From Candidatus Aegiribacteria sp. (GTDB lineage: Bacteria > Fermentibacterota > Fermentibacteria > Fermentibacterales > JCC-6), in NCBI GenBank assembly GCA_046498225.1, contig JAWOBF010000086.1:1-61900 (forward strand): a stretch of 61,900 bases of DNA. Direction: 5' to 3'. Position 1 is the stretch's first letter; the number at the start of each line of letters is the position of its first letter. Of the stretch, positions 9,295-19,463 are shown piece after piece. Made by a program: the position numbers and the translations under genes. The notes beneath the pieces are model-generated. The model did no database searches, was not told the origin of the DNA, and was given only the letters and a program-made list of their open reading frames with translations.

Positions 9295-10193
9295 CCGCTT
9301 CTCCCCTCCATATCCAGAAGAGCATGGACGAAGGACTCCAGGCTGAACTCCACCAGGTCTTCCGGGTTCTCCCCCACGCCGATGTATCGCACCGGGATGG
9401 CCAGGCTGCTGGCCATGGCCAGCACGGCGCCTCCCCTGGCTGTTCCGTCCAGCTTGGTGACCACCAGGCCGGTCACCGGCATGGCCTTCATGAACTGTTC
9501 AGCCTGTGACATGGCGTTCTGCCCCACGGTGCCGTCAAGAACCAGAAGGACCTCGTGGGGGGCGGTTTCCATGGCCTTCCCCGATACCCTGTATATCTTC
9601 CGGAGCTCGTCCAGGAGTCCCTTCTTGTTCGGCAGCCTGCCGGCGGTGTCTACAATCACCGCGTCGTAGTCCCGGTTCAATCCCCTCTTTATCGCGTCGT
9701 ATACCACCGCTCCGGCATCGGAGCCGGGCAGCTGAGTCAGCACCGCGGTGCCCAGCCGTTCCGCCCAGATCTCCAGCTGCTCCGCGGCGGCAGCCCTGAA
9801 TGTATCCGCGCAGGCCAGCAGGACCCTCCGGTCTTCATCCTGGAACCTGGCGGCCAGTCTGGCAATGGTGGTGGTCTTGCCCGCCCCGTTGACCCCGATC
9901 ACCACCGTGACCGCCGGCCTGGCGGTGACGGGGGAAGGTTCGGGAACAGGTACGCTCTCGATGAGTATTTCGGCCAGCGCTTCCTTCCAGGAGAGACCGG
10001 ACTTCCTCACCCTGCCGGGAAGCTCGTCCAGGATACGCTCGGTGAGCCGCCAGCCCAGATCGCCGGCCAGAAGCACCTCTTCAGCCCGCTCCAGGTCTAA
10101 CTCATCTATGGTTCTGCCGCCCAGAAGTCCCGACAGCTTCCCCGCCAGGGCCTCGCTGCTTTTCCTGAGCCTCTGCCTTAGTTCCAGTGCCAG
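9291..10193 (-). CDS. ftsY: Signal recognition particle receptor FtsY (NG domain only), probable CTG start
   Basis: GVNGAGKTTT, DTFRAAA, DTAGR, TKLDGTARGG, IGVGE motifs; frame extends 39 codons above the ORF-track GTG to a CTG at 10193 just after GGAGGAG. Confidence 0.92.
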   Translation of the reverse strand: MALELRQRLRKSSEALAGKLSGLLGGRTIDELDLERAEEVLLAGDLGWRLTERILDELPGRVRKSGLSWKEALAEILIESVPVPEPSPVTARPAVTVVIGVNGAGKTTTIARLAARFQDEDRRVLLACADTFRAAAAEQLEIWAERLGTAVLTQLPGSDAGAVVYDAIKRGLNRDYDAVIVDTAGRLPNKKGLLDELRKIYRVSGKAMETAPHEVLLVLDGTVGQNAMSQAEQFMKAMPVTGLVVTKLDGTARGGAVLAMASSLAIPVRYIGVGENPEDLVEFSLESFVHALLDMEGRSG

Positions 10194-10195
10194 GG

Positions 10196-13100
10196 CTACT
10201 CCTCCTCCTCTATGATCCGGTGGGCTTTCTCCAGGTCCACCGAAGTCATGGTGGACACCCCCTGCTCCACCATCGTAATTCCGAACAGACGGTCCGCCGC
10301 CTCCATGGTCCTCTTGTTATGGGTTATCACTATGAACTGGGTGCGGTGGACGAATCCCTTGAGGAGGTTCACGTAATTGTCCACGTTCGTGTCGTCCAGA
10401 GGCGCGTCCAGCTCGTCCAGAACGCAGAACGGCGAGGGCTTCACAAGGTAGAGAGCGAACAGCAGCGCAGCGGCGGTCATGGCCCGTTCCCCGCTGGAGA
10501 GGGCGGTGATGTTCTCCATCTTCTTTCCCGGGGGTCTCGCCACAATCTGCACCCCTCCCTCCAGCGGGTCCTGGGAATCCAGAGCTATAATATCTGCCTC
10601 GCCCCCCCCGAAAAGGCTGGTGAACATGTCCTTGAAATGCCCGCGGACCTCCACGAAGGTCTGGTCGAACTTACTAGCTGCGGTCCTGTTTATCTCCGAT
10701 ATGGCCTCAAGCAGGGAGGTCCTTGCCCGATCCAGGTCGTCCCTCTGCGCGGCCAGGAAGTCTATCCTCTTCATGCCTTCCTCGTACTCGGTTACCGCAA
10801 GCATGTTTATTGGACCCAGGTTCTCCCTGTAGCCCCTCTGCTTCTCCAGCTCTCCCAGGAGCCTCTCCCGGGGGTAGTCCCAGTATCTGCTGCCCTCGTC
10901 CGGAAGGACCGGCTCCCTTTCCTCCAGCTGACTGCATTTCTCTTCCACCATCTGCAGCTCGCCGGACAGGGTGACCCTCTCTTCCCTGGCGGTGGAAAGC
11001 TCCTCCCTCTGAAGCGTCAGCTCCTCGTCGGCCTTTCTCGTCTTCTCGAGCCATTCGGCCCTCTCCCGGCTGGCGTCGGTCCTTCTCTGCTCCGCCTCCT
11101 CGCGCAGGCCGGACAGGCGGGTGAGATTGCTCCGGAGCTCCCGCATGAGTTCTTCCAGCCCGCTCCTTTCCTTCTCCAGCTCCCCCATCTCCTCCTCTAT
11201 ACGGCCGCTTCTCTCCAGCGCGCCGCGGGAGGACTCCGAAAGACGTTCCCTGTCATCCATCGTCCGCTTCAGCGAGGTCTCCAGAGAGGAGTATTCAAGC
11301 CTTGCGGTGTTCTCCACTCGAAGCAGACTGTTTAACTCGGCGCCCAGTGAGTCCCTTCTTTCCTCCAGACGCTTGAGGTCGGCTGCCAGCTTTTCCAGTT
11401 TCTCCCTTATCCCGGCCATTCTCGCGCTTGCGCCGGCGGACTCCTGTCGAGTGGATGATTCCCGCAGCCGGGGCAGCTTCTGCTCGATGGACTCGATCTC
11501 CTCCGCCAGTCCCTTCAGCCTCTCCTCCCGGGCGGACGCGGCGGCCTGCAGGGACGCCTCTTCCCTGTCCGCGGAGGAAAGCTGCTCCCGCAGCTGCTCC
11601 CTTGCGGCCAGTATCTCCTTCTCCCGGACCAGGAGTTCCTCCCGGTCGCTACTGCGCTCCTCAAGCTCACCGGTAAGCCTGTCAAATTCCTTTTCGGCCT
11701 CTTCTATCAGGGCGCGCCTTTCGATGGCTCCGGCCCCGGATTCCGGGACACCAAGCCTGACCAGCCCGTCACTGCGGAAAAGGTCGCCTTCCGCCGTTAC
11801 GATATCCAGCTCCCACCCGCTGAAGAACCATTCCAGGGCCCTGGCACGGTCCGGGGCCAGCACCGCCCGGCACATGAGGCCATAGATGGAGGGGTCCGTT
11901 CCCTCCTCCAGAAGATCGGGGAGCCAGACAGCTCCGGAGGGGACCTCGGGCCTCACCGCCTCCCTTACGCTCACGAAATACCTTTCGCCTTCCCCGCCCT
12001 GAGGAATGTCACGGGAGGGTCCGTGAAAACCGGCGTCCTGAAAACCGTCCAGCCAGGCGCCCACCGCTATTCCCATTCCATCCCCTACGGCGATGCGGGA
12101 ACTGAGTGGCTCATCCGCCGGGGTGGAACTCTCCTCCGCTTCCCTCAGGCCTTCCAGGCGGGCATTCAGAACTGTTCTGTCCATCTCCAGGGAGCGGACG
12201 GCTTCCCCTGCCAGGCGCAGCCTGGAGGTCAGTTCATCGAGGTCCTTCCCCGCCTGTTCAAGTTCCCCGACCAGCCCATCCCTCCTGGAGCCCGCCTGCC
12301 TGAGTTCAGACCTGGCGGTTTCCAGGGTTTCCGACATCTCCGCCGCCTGCCGCTCCAGCTCTTCCTTCCTGTCCAGGGCGTGCTGAAGCTCCTGTTCCGC
12401 CCTCTCCCTGCTCCTGAGACTGTCGGTGTACTCCTTCTGAAGGGCCTGTTCTTCCTTCGATACACCGGCGTATTCACTCCTTGCCTCCTCCAGCCGAGCC
12501 GCGGAACCGGCGTGGTTTTTCTCGGCCTCCTCCGCTTCGGCGGAGGCCTTCTCCAGCGCGGCCCCGGCCTCCTTCAGCCTTCGCTGCAGCTCCTTCTCCC
12601 TCTCCCGGAGTTCCTCCGCCTCCTTCGCAAGTTCCCGGGCCCGCTCCTTCTCCCTGGAAGACTCCAGGCGGGAATTCTCTATGCGGGAGGAGATGTTGCG
12701 GTACCTTTCCTCGGCCACCGCAAGTTCCCTGCTCACCCGGCTCATCTCACCGTCCAGGTCGGAGACCCGGGCATGCTCCCCGTCCAGGCGGGTCTGGGCC
12801 TTTTCCAGGGAGACCCTGGCGCTGGCCTGCTTTCCCGAGGCGGCCCTGGCAGCGGCGGAGGCTTTCTGTTCCCTTGCCGTGGCCAGGCCGAGCCGCTCCT
12901 CCAGCTCCCGAAGTTTCTCCCGGGATTCCTGAAGCGATCTGTGGTCCAGAAGACCCTCGATCTCCCTTATCCTGCGTTCGGCCCTCTCCCACCTGCGGTA
13001 CGCAGAGACCTGCTTCTTCAGCTGGCCCACGTTCCGTTCCACTTCGGTAATGATGTCATCCAGCCGGTCCAGGTCGGCCGCCACGGCGTTCAGCTTCAGC

Positions 13101-13633
13101 TCCGCCCGGTGACGCTGCATTTTGTATTTGACTATTCCCGCGGCCTCGTCAAACAGAAAACGCCTGTCCGAGGGGCCGCTCTCTATTATCGTCTCGGTCA
13201 TGTTCTTCTCGAGGATCCAGTAGCCGTTGCTGCCCAGCCCCCTGTCCACTATAAGGTCGGTGATGTCCATGAGCCTGCAGCGGTTGCCGTTCAGCAGGTA
13301 TTCGCTGTCCCCGGACCTGAACAGCCGCCTGGTGACGCTGACCTCGTCGAAGTCCAGGTCCAGCTCCCGGCCGGAATTGTCGAAAGTGAGGACCACCTCG
13401 GCCATGCCCTGGGGTTTTCTGGCCACCGTGCCGGAGAAGATGACGTCCTCCATGCGGTCCGCCCTGAGTTCCGTCGGGCTCTGGGAACCAAGCGCCCACC
13501 TGATGGCGTCGGCGATGTTGCTCTTGCCGCAGCCGTTGGGCCCCACTATGCAGGATATGCCTTTCTGGAATTCCAGTTCGAAGGCGTCTGCGAAGGACTT
13601 GAAGCCGACTATCTCCAGTCTCTTGAGATACAA
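10196..13633 (-). CDS. smc: Chromosome segregation protein SMC
   Basis: GFKSFA, GPNGCGKSNI, long coiled coils, LGPINMLA, LSSGE signature, LDELDAPLD, ITHNK. Confidence 0.95.
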   Translation of the reverse strand: MYLKRLEIVGFKSFADAFELEFQKGISCIVGPNGCGKSNIADAIRWALGSQSPTELRADRMEDVIFSGTVARKPQGMAEVVLTFDNSGRELDLDFDEVSVTRRLFRSGDSEYLLNGNRCRLMDITDLIVDRGLGSNGYWILEKNMTETIIESGPSDRRFLFDEAAGIVKYKMQRHRAELKLNAVAADLDRLDDIITEVERNVGQLKKQVSAYRRWERAERRIREIEGLLDHRSLQESREKLRELEERLGLATAREQKASAAARAASGKQASARVSLEKAQTRLDGEHARVSDLDGEMSRVSRELAVAEERYRNISSRIENSRLESSREKERARELAKEAEELREREKELQRRLKEAGAALEKASAEAEEAEKNHAGSAARLEEARSEYAGVSKEEQALQKEYTDSLRSRERAEQELQHALDRKEELERQAAEMSETLETARSELRQAGSRRDGLVGELEQAGKDLDELTSRLRLAGEAVRSLEMDRTVLNARLEGLREAEESSTPADEPLSSRIAVGDGMGIAVGAWLDGFQDAGFHGPSRDIPQGGEGERYFVSVREAVRPEVPSGAVWLPDLLEEGTDPSIYGLMCRAVLAPDRARALEWFFSGWELDIVTAEGDLFRSDGLVRLGVPESGAGAIERRALIEEAEKEFDRLTGELEERSSDREELLVREKEILAAREQLREQLSSADREEASLQAAASAREERLKGLAEEIESIEQKLPRLRESSTRQESAGASARMAGIREKLEKLAADLKRLEERRDSLGAELNSLLRVENTARLEYSSLETSLKRTMDDRERLSESSRGALERSGRIEEEMGELEKERSGLEELMRELRSNLTRLSGLREEAEQRRTDASRERAEWLEKTRKADEELTLQREELSTAREERVTLSGELQMVEEKCSQLEEREPVLPDEGSRYWDYPRERLLGELEKQRGYRENLGPINMLAVTEYEEGMKRIDFLAAQRDDLDRARTSLLEAISEINRTAASKFDQTFVEVRGHFKDMFTSLFGGGEADIIALDSQDPLEGGVQIVARPPGKKMENITALSSGERAMTAAALLFALYLVKPSPFCVLDELDAPLDDTNVDNYVNLLKGFVHRTQFIVITHNKRTMEAADRLFGITMVEQGVSTMTSVDLEKAHRIIEEEE

Positions 13634-13648
13634 GTGGCGATGCTCCCG

Positions 13649-14233
13649 TCAGCTGAGTTCTTGTCCGGACCGAGGGCGCCGGAGCTTTTTCACGGATTCA
13701 GAAAAATAGACAAAAAGGCTCGCCATAACAAATCCCAGGGCCAGCAGTCCCAGGGGATCCAGCCCCGCCAGTTCAGGCCCCGGGGGCCACAGTTCCCTCT
13801 CCAGCACGTATTCGGCCGCCGCCAATGTCAGGTACAGTGACACGGCGAGCGAGGAGCACTTGCCCCACAGGTTGGAACTCGGCGGCGAGCCCAGACGGGC
13901 CGTGAGGTACACCCCCCCCGCCGCTATCAGAACATCCCTTGTCAGGAACAGGATGACGAACCAGAGGGGCACCGCCCCAACCGCGGCGAGTGTTACTATG
14001 AAAGCTCCAATGGCGACCTTGTCCGCCAGCGGGTCGAATATCTTCCCCCAGTCGCTCACCGAACAGGTCCTCCTGGCCACGATGCCGTCCAGGTAATCGG
14101 ACAGCATGGCCAGGAAAATGACCGCGGCCGCCGGAAGGACCCACCTCAGGTAGACGAACAGGCAGGCCGCGAGTCCCAGAGGGATACGGGAGAGGCTGAT
14201 AAGGTTGGGAAGGTTCAGTACCGGCCCTTTCAA
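13649..14233 (-). CDS. pgsA: CDP-alcohol phosphatidyltransferase (PgsA family)
   Basis: NLPNLISLSR and DYLDGIVARR...GKIFDPLADK CDP-alcohol motif. Confidence 0.8.
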   Translation of the reverse strand: MKGPVLNLPNLISLSRIPLGLAACLFVYLRWVLPAAAVIFLAMLSDYLDGIVARRTCSVSDWGKIFDPLADKVAIGAFIVTLAAVGAVPLWFVILFLTRDVLIAAGGVYLTARLGSPPSSNLWGKCSSLAVSLYLTLAAAEYVLERELWPPGPELAGLDPLGLLALGFVMASLFVYFSESVKKLRRPRSGQELS

Positions 14234-15873
14234 TCCGAATCGCTTTCCCGGCCGGCCGCTACCATCTTCTCCGCGTGTTCCCTGGCCCCAGTGCCGCCTC
14301 CAAGCAGCCTGGACAGCTCCTCCACCCGCTGGTCTCTATCCGCCAGGTGCCTCACCCTGGTCACCGGCATCCCGTCCTCCATCTCCTTGGAGACCGCCAG
14401 ATGATGGTCCGCCCTGGAGGCTATCTGGGGAAGATGGGTTATAACTATCACCTGCCTGCGGCCGGAAACCCGGCTGAGCGAATCCGCCAGGAGGTTCGCC
14501 GTCTCGCCGCCCACGCCGCTGTCTATCTCGTCGAACACCATGGTGGGTGCCTGTGTTACCGTGGACAGGGCCAGCTTCAGCACGAGGCTCACCCTGGACA
14601 TCTCGCCGCCGCTGGCCACCGATGAGAGGGGACCGGGCTCCATGCCGGGATTGGCGCTGAAGGCGAATTCCGGAACGAAGCTCCCGTCGCTGCCTATCCT
14701 CACGCCCTCCACGACCCTGGAGCGGGACGGCTGCGGCTCTTTCATCAGCACCCGGAATATTCCGTGAGGCATTCCCAGCATCTTCAGCTCCCGCTCCACA
14801 GCGGCGGTCAGCCTTTGCGCGGCCTTCTCCCTCATGGCGGTCAGCTCCCCGGCCATGGCGAGCAGTTTTCCCGCCCTCTCCGGCAGGGACTCCTCCAGCT
14901 CCTCCAGCTCATCCTCCACGCGATTATAGCTTTCCAGTTCCGACGTGAGGCCGTCCCTTCTCTGCAGAAGGCTCTCCAGTGAGCCGCCGCACCTGCCCAG
15001 CAGTTCGGAATAGGCGTCCAGCCTGCGGTCTATCTCCTCCAGCCTCCACGGAGCGTCCTCTATCCTGGACAGGATGCTCTCGCACCGGGAGTCCGCCTCC
15101 GACAGGGCTATGCCGGCCTGCTCCAGAAGCTCCAGCAGCTCGGTGACGTCCATGCCTGACCCCCTGAGAGAACTCCGAAAGCCGGCAAGGATGCTCAGGA
15201 TCCCCTCATCTCCGGAGATCCCGCTGTTTATCCCTCCCAGGACTTCCGCTCCGTCACGCACCGCCTTCAGCTCGCGCCGCTCCTCCATCAGCTCCCGGTA
15301 GTCGTCCTCGGAGGGGTCCAGGCTTTCTATCAGGGAGAGTTCATGGGCGGCTATGTCCCTCCGGTCCCGCATGCCGTCCACACTTGAGCGAAGTTCCTCC
15401 AGCCGCTCCAGGTCCGCGCTGTAGCTGTGAAACGCCCCGGCCAGACTTTCGGCCTGGCCGATGCATCCGCCGAACTCGTCCAGCGCCCTTATCTGCGCTC
15501 GCCTTCCCAGAAGGGCCGGAGTGGAGTCCTGTGAGTGCAGGTCCACAAGGCCGGATATCACCTCTTTGCCCTCCTCCAGCGTGGAGAGTTCGTCGTTAAG
15601 GAAGAAACGGCTCCTGCCCCGCGCCCTCACCTCTCTTCTGACTATGCATTCGCTTCCGTCCCTGCCGGTGAACAGGGCTTCCACGCTGGCCGATGAAGCC
15701 CCCGGCCTCACCATGGCCCTGTCGGCCCTGACGCCCAGGGCCAGCAGCAGCCCGTCAATGAGTATGGACTTGCCCGCGCCGGTTTCCCCGGTGAGGATGT
15801 TGAGACCCCCGCCGAATTCCACCGATGTATCGCTTATGGTGGCCAGGTTTCGAAGGGTGAGACTGGTGAGCAT
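14230..15873 (-). CDS. recN: DNA repair protein RecN
   Basis: ATG at 15873 (MLTSLTLRNLA); TGETGAGKS, ASGGEMSR, FDEIDSGVGG, ITHLPQIAS. Confidence 0.93.
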   Translation of the reverse strand: MLTSLTLRNLATISDTSVEFGGGLNILTGETGAGKSILIDGLLLALGVRADRAMVRPGASSASVEALFTGRDGSECIVRREVRARGRSRFFLNDELSTLEEGKEVISGLVDLHSQDSTPALLGRRAQIRALDEFGGCIGQAESLAGAFHSYSADLERLEELRSSVDGMRDRRDIAAHELSLIESLDPSEDDYRELMEERRELKAVRDGAEVLGGINSGISGDEGILSILAGFRSSLRGSGMDVTELLELLEQAGIALSEADSRCESILSRIEDAPWRLEEIDRRLDAYSELLGRCGGSLESLLQRRDGLTSELESYNRVEDELEELEESLPERAGKLLAMAGELTAMREKAAQRLTAAVERELKMLGMPHGIFRVLMKEPQPSRSRVVEGVRIGSDGSFVPEFAFSANPGMEPGPLSSVASGGEMSRVSLVLKLALSTVTQAPTMVFDEIDSGVGGETANLLADSLSRVSGRRQVIVITHLPQIASRADHHLAVSKEMEDGMPVTRVRHLADRDQRVEELSRLLGGGTGAREHAEKMVAAGRESDSD

Positions 15874-15875
15874 AG

Positions 15876-16745
15876 CTACCCCCTTACGCCCCATCCCAGT
15901 TTGAGGCCCAGCCTTCTGTAGTACCCGGGCTGGTCGGGGAATCTCACCGTCATGCATGAACCGCTCCCCCTGGTCACGCGAAGAACTTCACCGGACTTCA
16001 GTGTGCCGCAGGGGGCTCCGTCGGCGGATACAACCGGCCCTGCGCTTCTAAGCTCCCCTATCCTTACGGATATCAGCTGGTCGTCGGATACCACCAGGGG
16101 CCTCAGCGTCAGCGAATGGGGGCTTATCGGGACCATCAGAATGGCCGGAAGCCCCTGGTCCAGTATGGGTCCGCCGCATGACAGGCTGTAGGCCGTGGAT
16201 CCGAAGGGGGTGGATACAACCACTCCGTCGCCCGCTATGTGGGCTACCTTCACATCCCCCACGAAAAGGTCGAAATTCAGTATGCCGCCGATCATGGAGC
16301 GGTTCACAGTGAAATCGTTCACCGCGTGGAGGAACCGCTCCGAAGGCATCTCACCCCTGAGGACGGGGGTGGTCTCGATGAAGTATTCACCTTTGGAAAC
16401 CCGCTCTATCGCCGGGCCTATCATGGAGCTCTCCGCGCTGGCCAGGAAACCAAGGTGGCCGGCGTTCACGCCCAGGACGGGAACCTTCATCTCCCGGAAG
16501 TAGCCCAGGCCCCGAAGTATGGTGCCGTCGCCCCCCAGTACCAGGGCCATGTCACAGCTGTCGTTCTCCCGCAGCCCGAAAGCGTTCAGATGCTCGGAGG
16601 AAGGAGTCGCGGAGGTGAGAGTGATGGAGTTATCCCGGCAGTGGGATATGGCCGTCTGTATAAGCCCGGCGTATGGAGGGTTGAACCTGTCGACGTACAG
16701 GCTCATCCTTCTCACGGTGGCGGGTTCATGCACCAAGGCTGTCAC
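15876..16745 (-). CDS. nadK: NAD(+) kinase
   Basis: LGGDGT, GVNAGHLGFL, VNDF, GDGVVVSTPFGSTAYSLSCGGP. Confidence 0.92.
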   Translation of the reverse strand: MTALVHEPATVRRMSLYVDRFNPPYAGLIQTAISHCRDNSITLTSATPSSEHLNAFGLRENDSCDMALVLGGDGTILRGLGYFREMKVPVLGVNAGHLGFLASAESSMIGPAIERVSKGEYFIETTPVLRGEMPSERFLHAVNDFTVNRSMIGGILNFDLFVGDVKVAHIAGDGVVVSTPFGSTAYSLSCGGPILDQGLPAILMVPISPHSLTLRPLVVSDDQLISVRIGELRSAGPVVSADGAPCGTLKSGEVLRVTRGSGSCMTVRFPDQPGYYRRLGLKLGWGVRG

Positions 16746-18570
16746 CTATTCTTTCCGCTATGGAGGGTGGATCAAGACCCATCATGCTCAGCAGCTCCTC
16801 CCTGCAGGCGTGCGGCTGGAACTCATCCGGAATACCCAGCCTGAGCACCTTGACCCCGTCATCGAGAATAGAGCTTACATGGCATCCGAAGCCTCCCGCC
16901 ACGGCCCCCTCTTCCACCACGGCCACCAGTCGCTTCCCCGCGGCCAGTTCACGTATTTCCCCGGCGGGGGCAGGTTTCAGCCACAGGGGATCGTATACCG
17001 CCACCGAAACTCCCCGGTCCGAAAGGATGTCAGCCGCCTTCAGGCAGTAGAGAGACATGACGCCGGCGCCTATTATCAGCACGTCCTTCCCCTCCCTGAG
17101 CAGCTGCCCGGTTCCCGGTTCCACCTCTTCCGGGGAGGCGGACTGTACATCCGGCTCCTCTCCCCTGGGATACCTGAGGATTGTGGGACCTTCACTGAAC
17201 TTCACCGACCTCTCCAGCATCATCTCCAGGAGGCTGCAGTTCCTGGGGGCGCCCAGCCTGATGTTGGGAACCGGGAGGGACATGGAGATGTCGAACACGC
17301 CGTGATGGGTGGGGCCGTCCTCTCCCACGACCCCTCCCCTGTCCATGGCCACCACTATGGGGGCTTTCTGAAGGGCGGCGTCATGGATGAGCTGGTCGTA
17401 AGCCCTCTGCATGAAAGTGCTGTATATGGCGGCCACCGGACGAAGGCCTCCGAATGCCAGTCCGCAGGACATCGTTATGGCGTGCTGTTCGGCGATGCCC
17501 ACATCGTGGAACCTGTCGGGGAAGCGGGCGGCGAACTCCACCAGTCCAGTGCCGTCGGGCATGGCGGCGGTAACCGCGGCCACCCTGTCATCCTGCTGTC
17601 CGAGCCTGACCATGGTGCGGGAGAAGGCGGAGGTAAAGGTCTCGCGGACGCCGCGGCCGCCCCCGTTGCCTGAGACGCCATGGTAACCGGTAGCGTCCAG
17701 CTCCGCCGGCTGGTACCCCTTCCCCTTCTTGGTGAGGATATGCAGCAGGACCGGTCCCCGGATCCCGGACAGCCTCTGCAGGACGCCGGTAAGCGCGGCC
17801 AGATCGTTGCCCGGGACCGGACCTATGTACCGTACACCGAAATCGTCGAACAGGGTCTCCGGTGTGACCAGTGTCTTCTTCAGGCCGGCGGTCACGGCGT
17901 GGGCGGCGTCCCTGACCCTGTCCCCCAGTGACGGTATCAGGCCCAGGGCGTTCCAGACCTCCTTCTTTATCCTGTTGTACCTCGGGTCGGTGATGAGGGT
18001 TGTGAGATGGCTCGAGATGGCCCCCACGTTGGGAGAAATGGACATCTCGTTATCGTTGAGGATTATGAGCATGCTGGTGCCGGTGTGACCAAGGTAGTTG
18101 AGGCCCTCCAGGGCCATTCCGCCTCCGATGGCGCCGTCACCTATGACCGCCACTATCCGGTAATTGTCGCCCCTGGAGTCCCTGGCAAGGGCGTAACCGA
18201 GCCCGGCGGATATTGAAGTGGAACTGTGCCCGGCTCCGAAGGCGTCGCAGGGATTCTCGTCCCTCCTGGGAAATCCGCTGAGGCCGCCGCTCTGTCGTAT
18301 GGTGTGAAACTCCTCACCCCGGCCGGTGAGCAGCTTCCAGGGGTAGCACTGGTGTCCCACGTCCCAGATGATCTTGTCCCGGGGAGGGGAATAGACGGAC
18401 AGGAGAGCCACCGTGAGTTCCACAACTCCCAGGCTCGAGGCCAGGTGACCTCCGGTGCTGCTCACAACGCTGATGATGGCGCTTCTTATCTCGTCCACCA
18501 GGGCCAGCCTTTCCTCCATGGAGAGGCGGGCCACGTCTTCCGGTCCCTTTATTCCATTCAGAATGGACAC
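16726..18570 (-). CDS. dxs: 1-deoxy-D-xylulose-5-phosphate synthase
   Basis: GGHLASSLG, WDVGHQ, GHSSTS, IGDGA, DVGIAEQHA, GEDGPTHHG. Confidence 0.97.
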   Translation of the reverse strand: MSILNGIKGPEDVARLSMEERLALVDEIRSAIISVVSSTGGHLASSLGVVELTVALLSVYSPPRDKIIWDVGHQCYPWKLLTGRGEEFHTIRQSGGLSGFPRRDENPCDAFGAGHSSTSISAGLGYALARDSRGDNYRIVAVIGDGAIGGGMALEGLNYLGHTGTSMLIILNDNEMSISPNVGAISSHLTTLITDPRYNRIKKEVWNALGLIPSLGDRVRDAAHAVTAGLKKTLVTPETLFDDFGVRYIGPVPGNDLAALTGVLQRLSGIRGPVLLHILTKKGKGYQPAELDATGYHGVSGNGGGRGVRETFTSAFSRTMVRLGQQDDRVAAVTAAMPDGTGLVEFAARFPDRFHDVGIAEQHAITMSCGLAFGGLRPVAAIYSTFMQRAYDQLIHDAALQKAPIVVAMDRGGVVGEDGPTHHGVFDISMSLPVPNIRLGAPRNCSLLEMMLERSVKFSEGPTILRYPRGEEPDVQSASPEEVEPGTGQLLREGKDVLIIGAGVMSLYCLKAADILSDRGVSVAVYDPLWLKPAPAGEIRELAAGKRLVAVVEEGAVAGGFGCHVSSILDDGVKVLRLGIPDEFQPHACREELLSMMGLDPPSIAERIGDSLGA

Positions 18571-18572
18571 GA

Positions 18573-19463
18573 CTACTTCCTCCTGACGGGCAGGTACTCC
18601 GCCAGGGCCGCCACGTCATTCCAGTTTCCGTTCAGCTCCATGATGTCCAACGCGATATCATCTCCCATCTTCCGGGCCCTTGCGGAGGCGGAGGCAACGT
18701 CCATTATCGAGAGAAGGTTGCGCTTGCCCTGTTCGCGGTCCTTGCAGACCTCCTTGCCCATCTCTTTCCTGCTTCCGCACCTGTCCAGAATATCATCCGT
18801 CAGCTGAAAAAGAAACCCCAGTCTGTCACCCAGGGATGAGATTCGTTCCAGCATATCCTCTCCGGCGCCTCCCGCCAGAGCCCCGAGCTCCAGAGATACC
18901 CTGATCATTGCGGCGGTCTTGCCCAGTATCATCCTTCTTATCCAGTCCTCCCCGGCGTCCTCCGGGTGGTACATGTCCATGTACTGCCCGCCCACCAGGA
19001 AGCGGGGTCCCGCGGCCGCGGCCAGCCGCCTGACCATCTCCGAAACCCTTCCCGGGCCCAGCGGGGTCTCCAGCAGCTCGCCGAAGGCCTCCACCAGGAG
19101 AAGGTCCCCGGCCAGCAGGGCCTGAGCCTCTCCGCACTTCATGTGCAATGTGGGCACTCCCCTTCTCAGACTGTCATCGTCCATCGCCGGAAGATCATCG
19201 TGAACAAGTGAATAGGTATGTATCATCTCCACGGCGCAGGCCGCCCTGAGCGAGACGTCCCGGCGGCCTCCCACGGCTCGGCAGGCGGCGGATACAAGGA
19301 ACGGTCTCACTCTCTTGCCGCCGGATTCCAGGGAGTAGGCGGCCAGTGAGGGAAGGCGCGACAGAGGCTCCCGGCGCATGGACAGGCCGGCCAGTCCGGT
19401 CTCCACCCATCGAGCAGCGTCGGCCAGGGCGTCTTTCAGGCCGGAAATGTCAGGCTTTCTCAT
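18573..19463 (-). CDS. ispA: Polyprenyl diphosphate synthase (geranyltranstransferase)
   Basis: GGKRVRP, HDDLPAMDDDSLRRG (FARM), GKTA, FQLTDDILD (SARM). Confidence 0.9.
   Translation of the reverse strand: MRKPDISGLKDALADAARWVETGLAGLSMRREPLSRLPSLAAYSLESGGKRVRPFLVSAACRAVGGRRDVSLRAACAVEMIHTYSLVHDDLPAMDDDSLRRGVPTLHMKCGEAQALLAGDLLLVEAFGELLETPLGPGRVSEMVRRLAAAAGPRFLVGGQYMDMYHPEDAGEDWIRRMILGKTAAMIRVSLELGALAGGAGEDMLERISSLGDRLGFLFQLTDDILDRCGSRKEMGKEVCKDREQGKRNLLSIMDVASASARARKMGDDIALDIMELNGNWNDVAALAEYLPVRRK

Noticed and set aside
10800-13100. Repetitive-looking GAG/CTC-rich DNA in smc
   Set aside because: Reflects Glu/Leu/Arg-rich coiled coils, not a tandem repeat or CRISPR array.
12023-13840. 605-aa plus-strand ORF, and similar long ORFs at 24054-25655, 37859-39115, 55820-57268 and 59266-61077
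   Set aside because: Antisense shadows of smc, thrS, dnaE, hydA and ahcY; no motifs or RBS; expected in GC-rich DNA with biased third positions.
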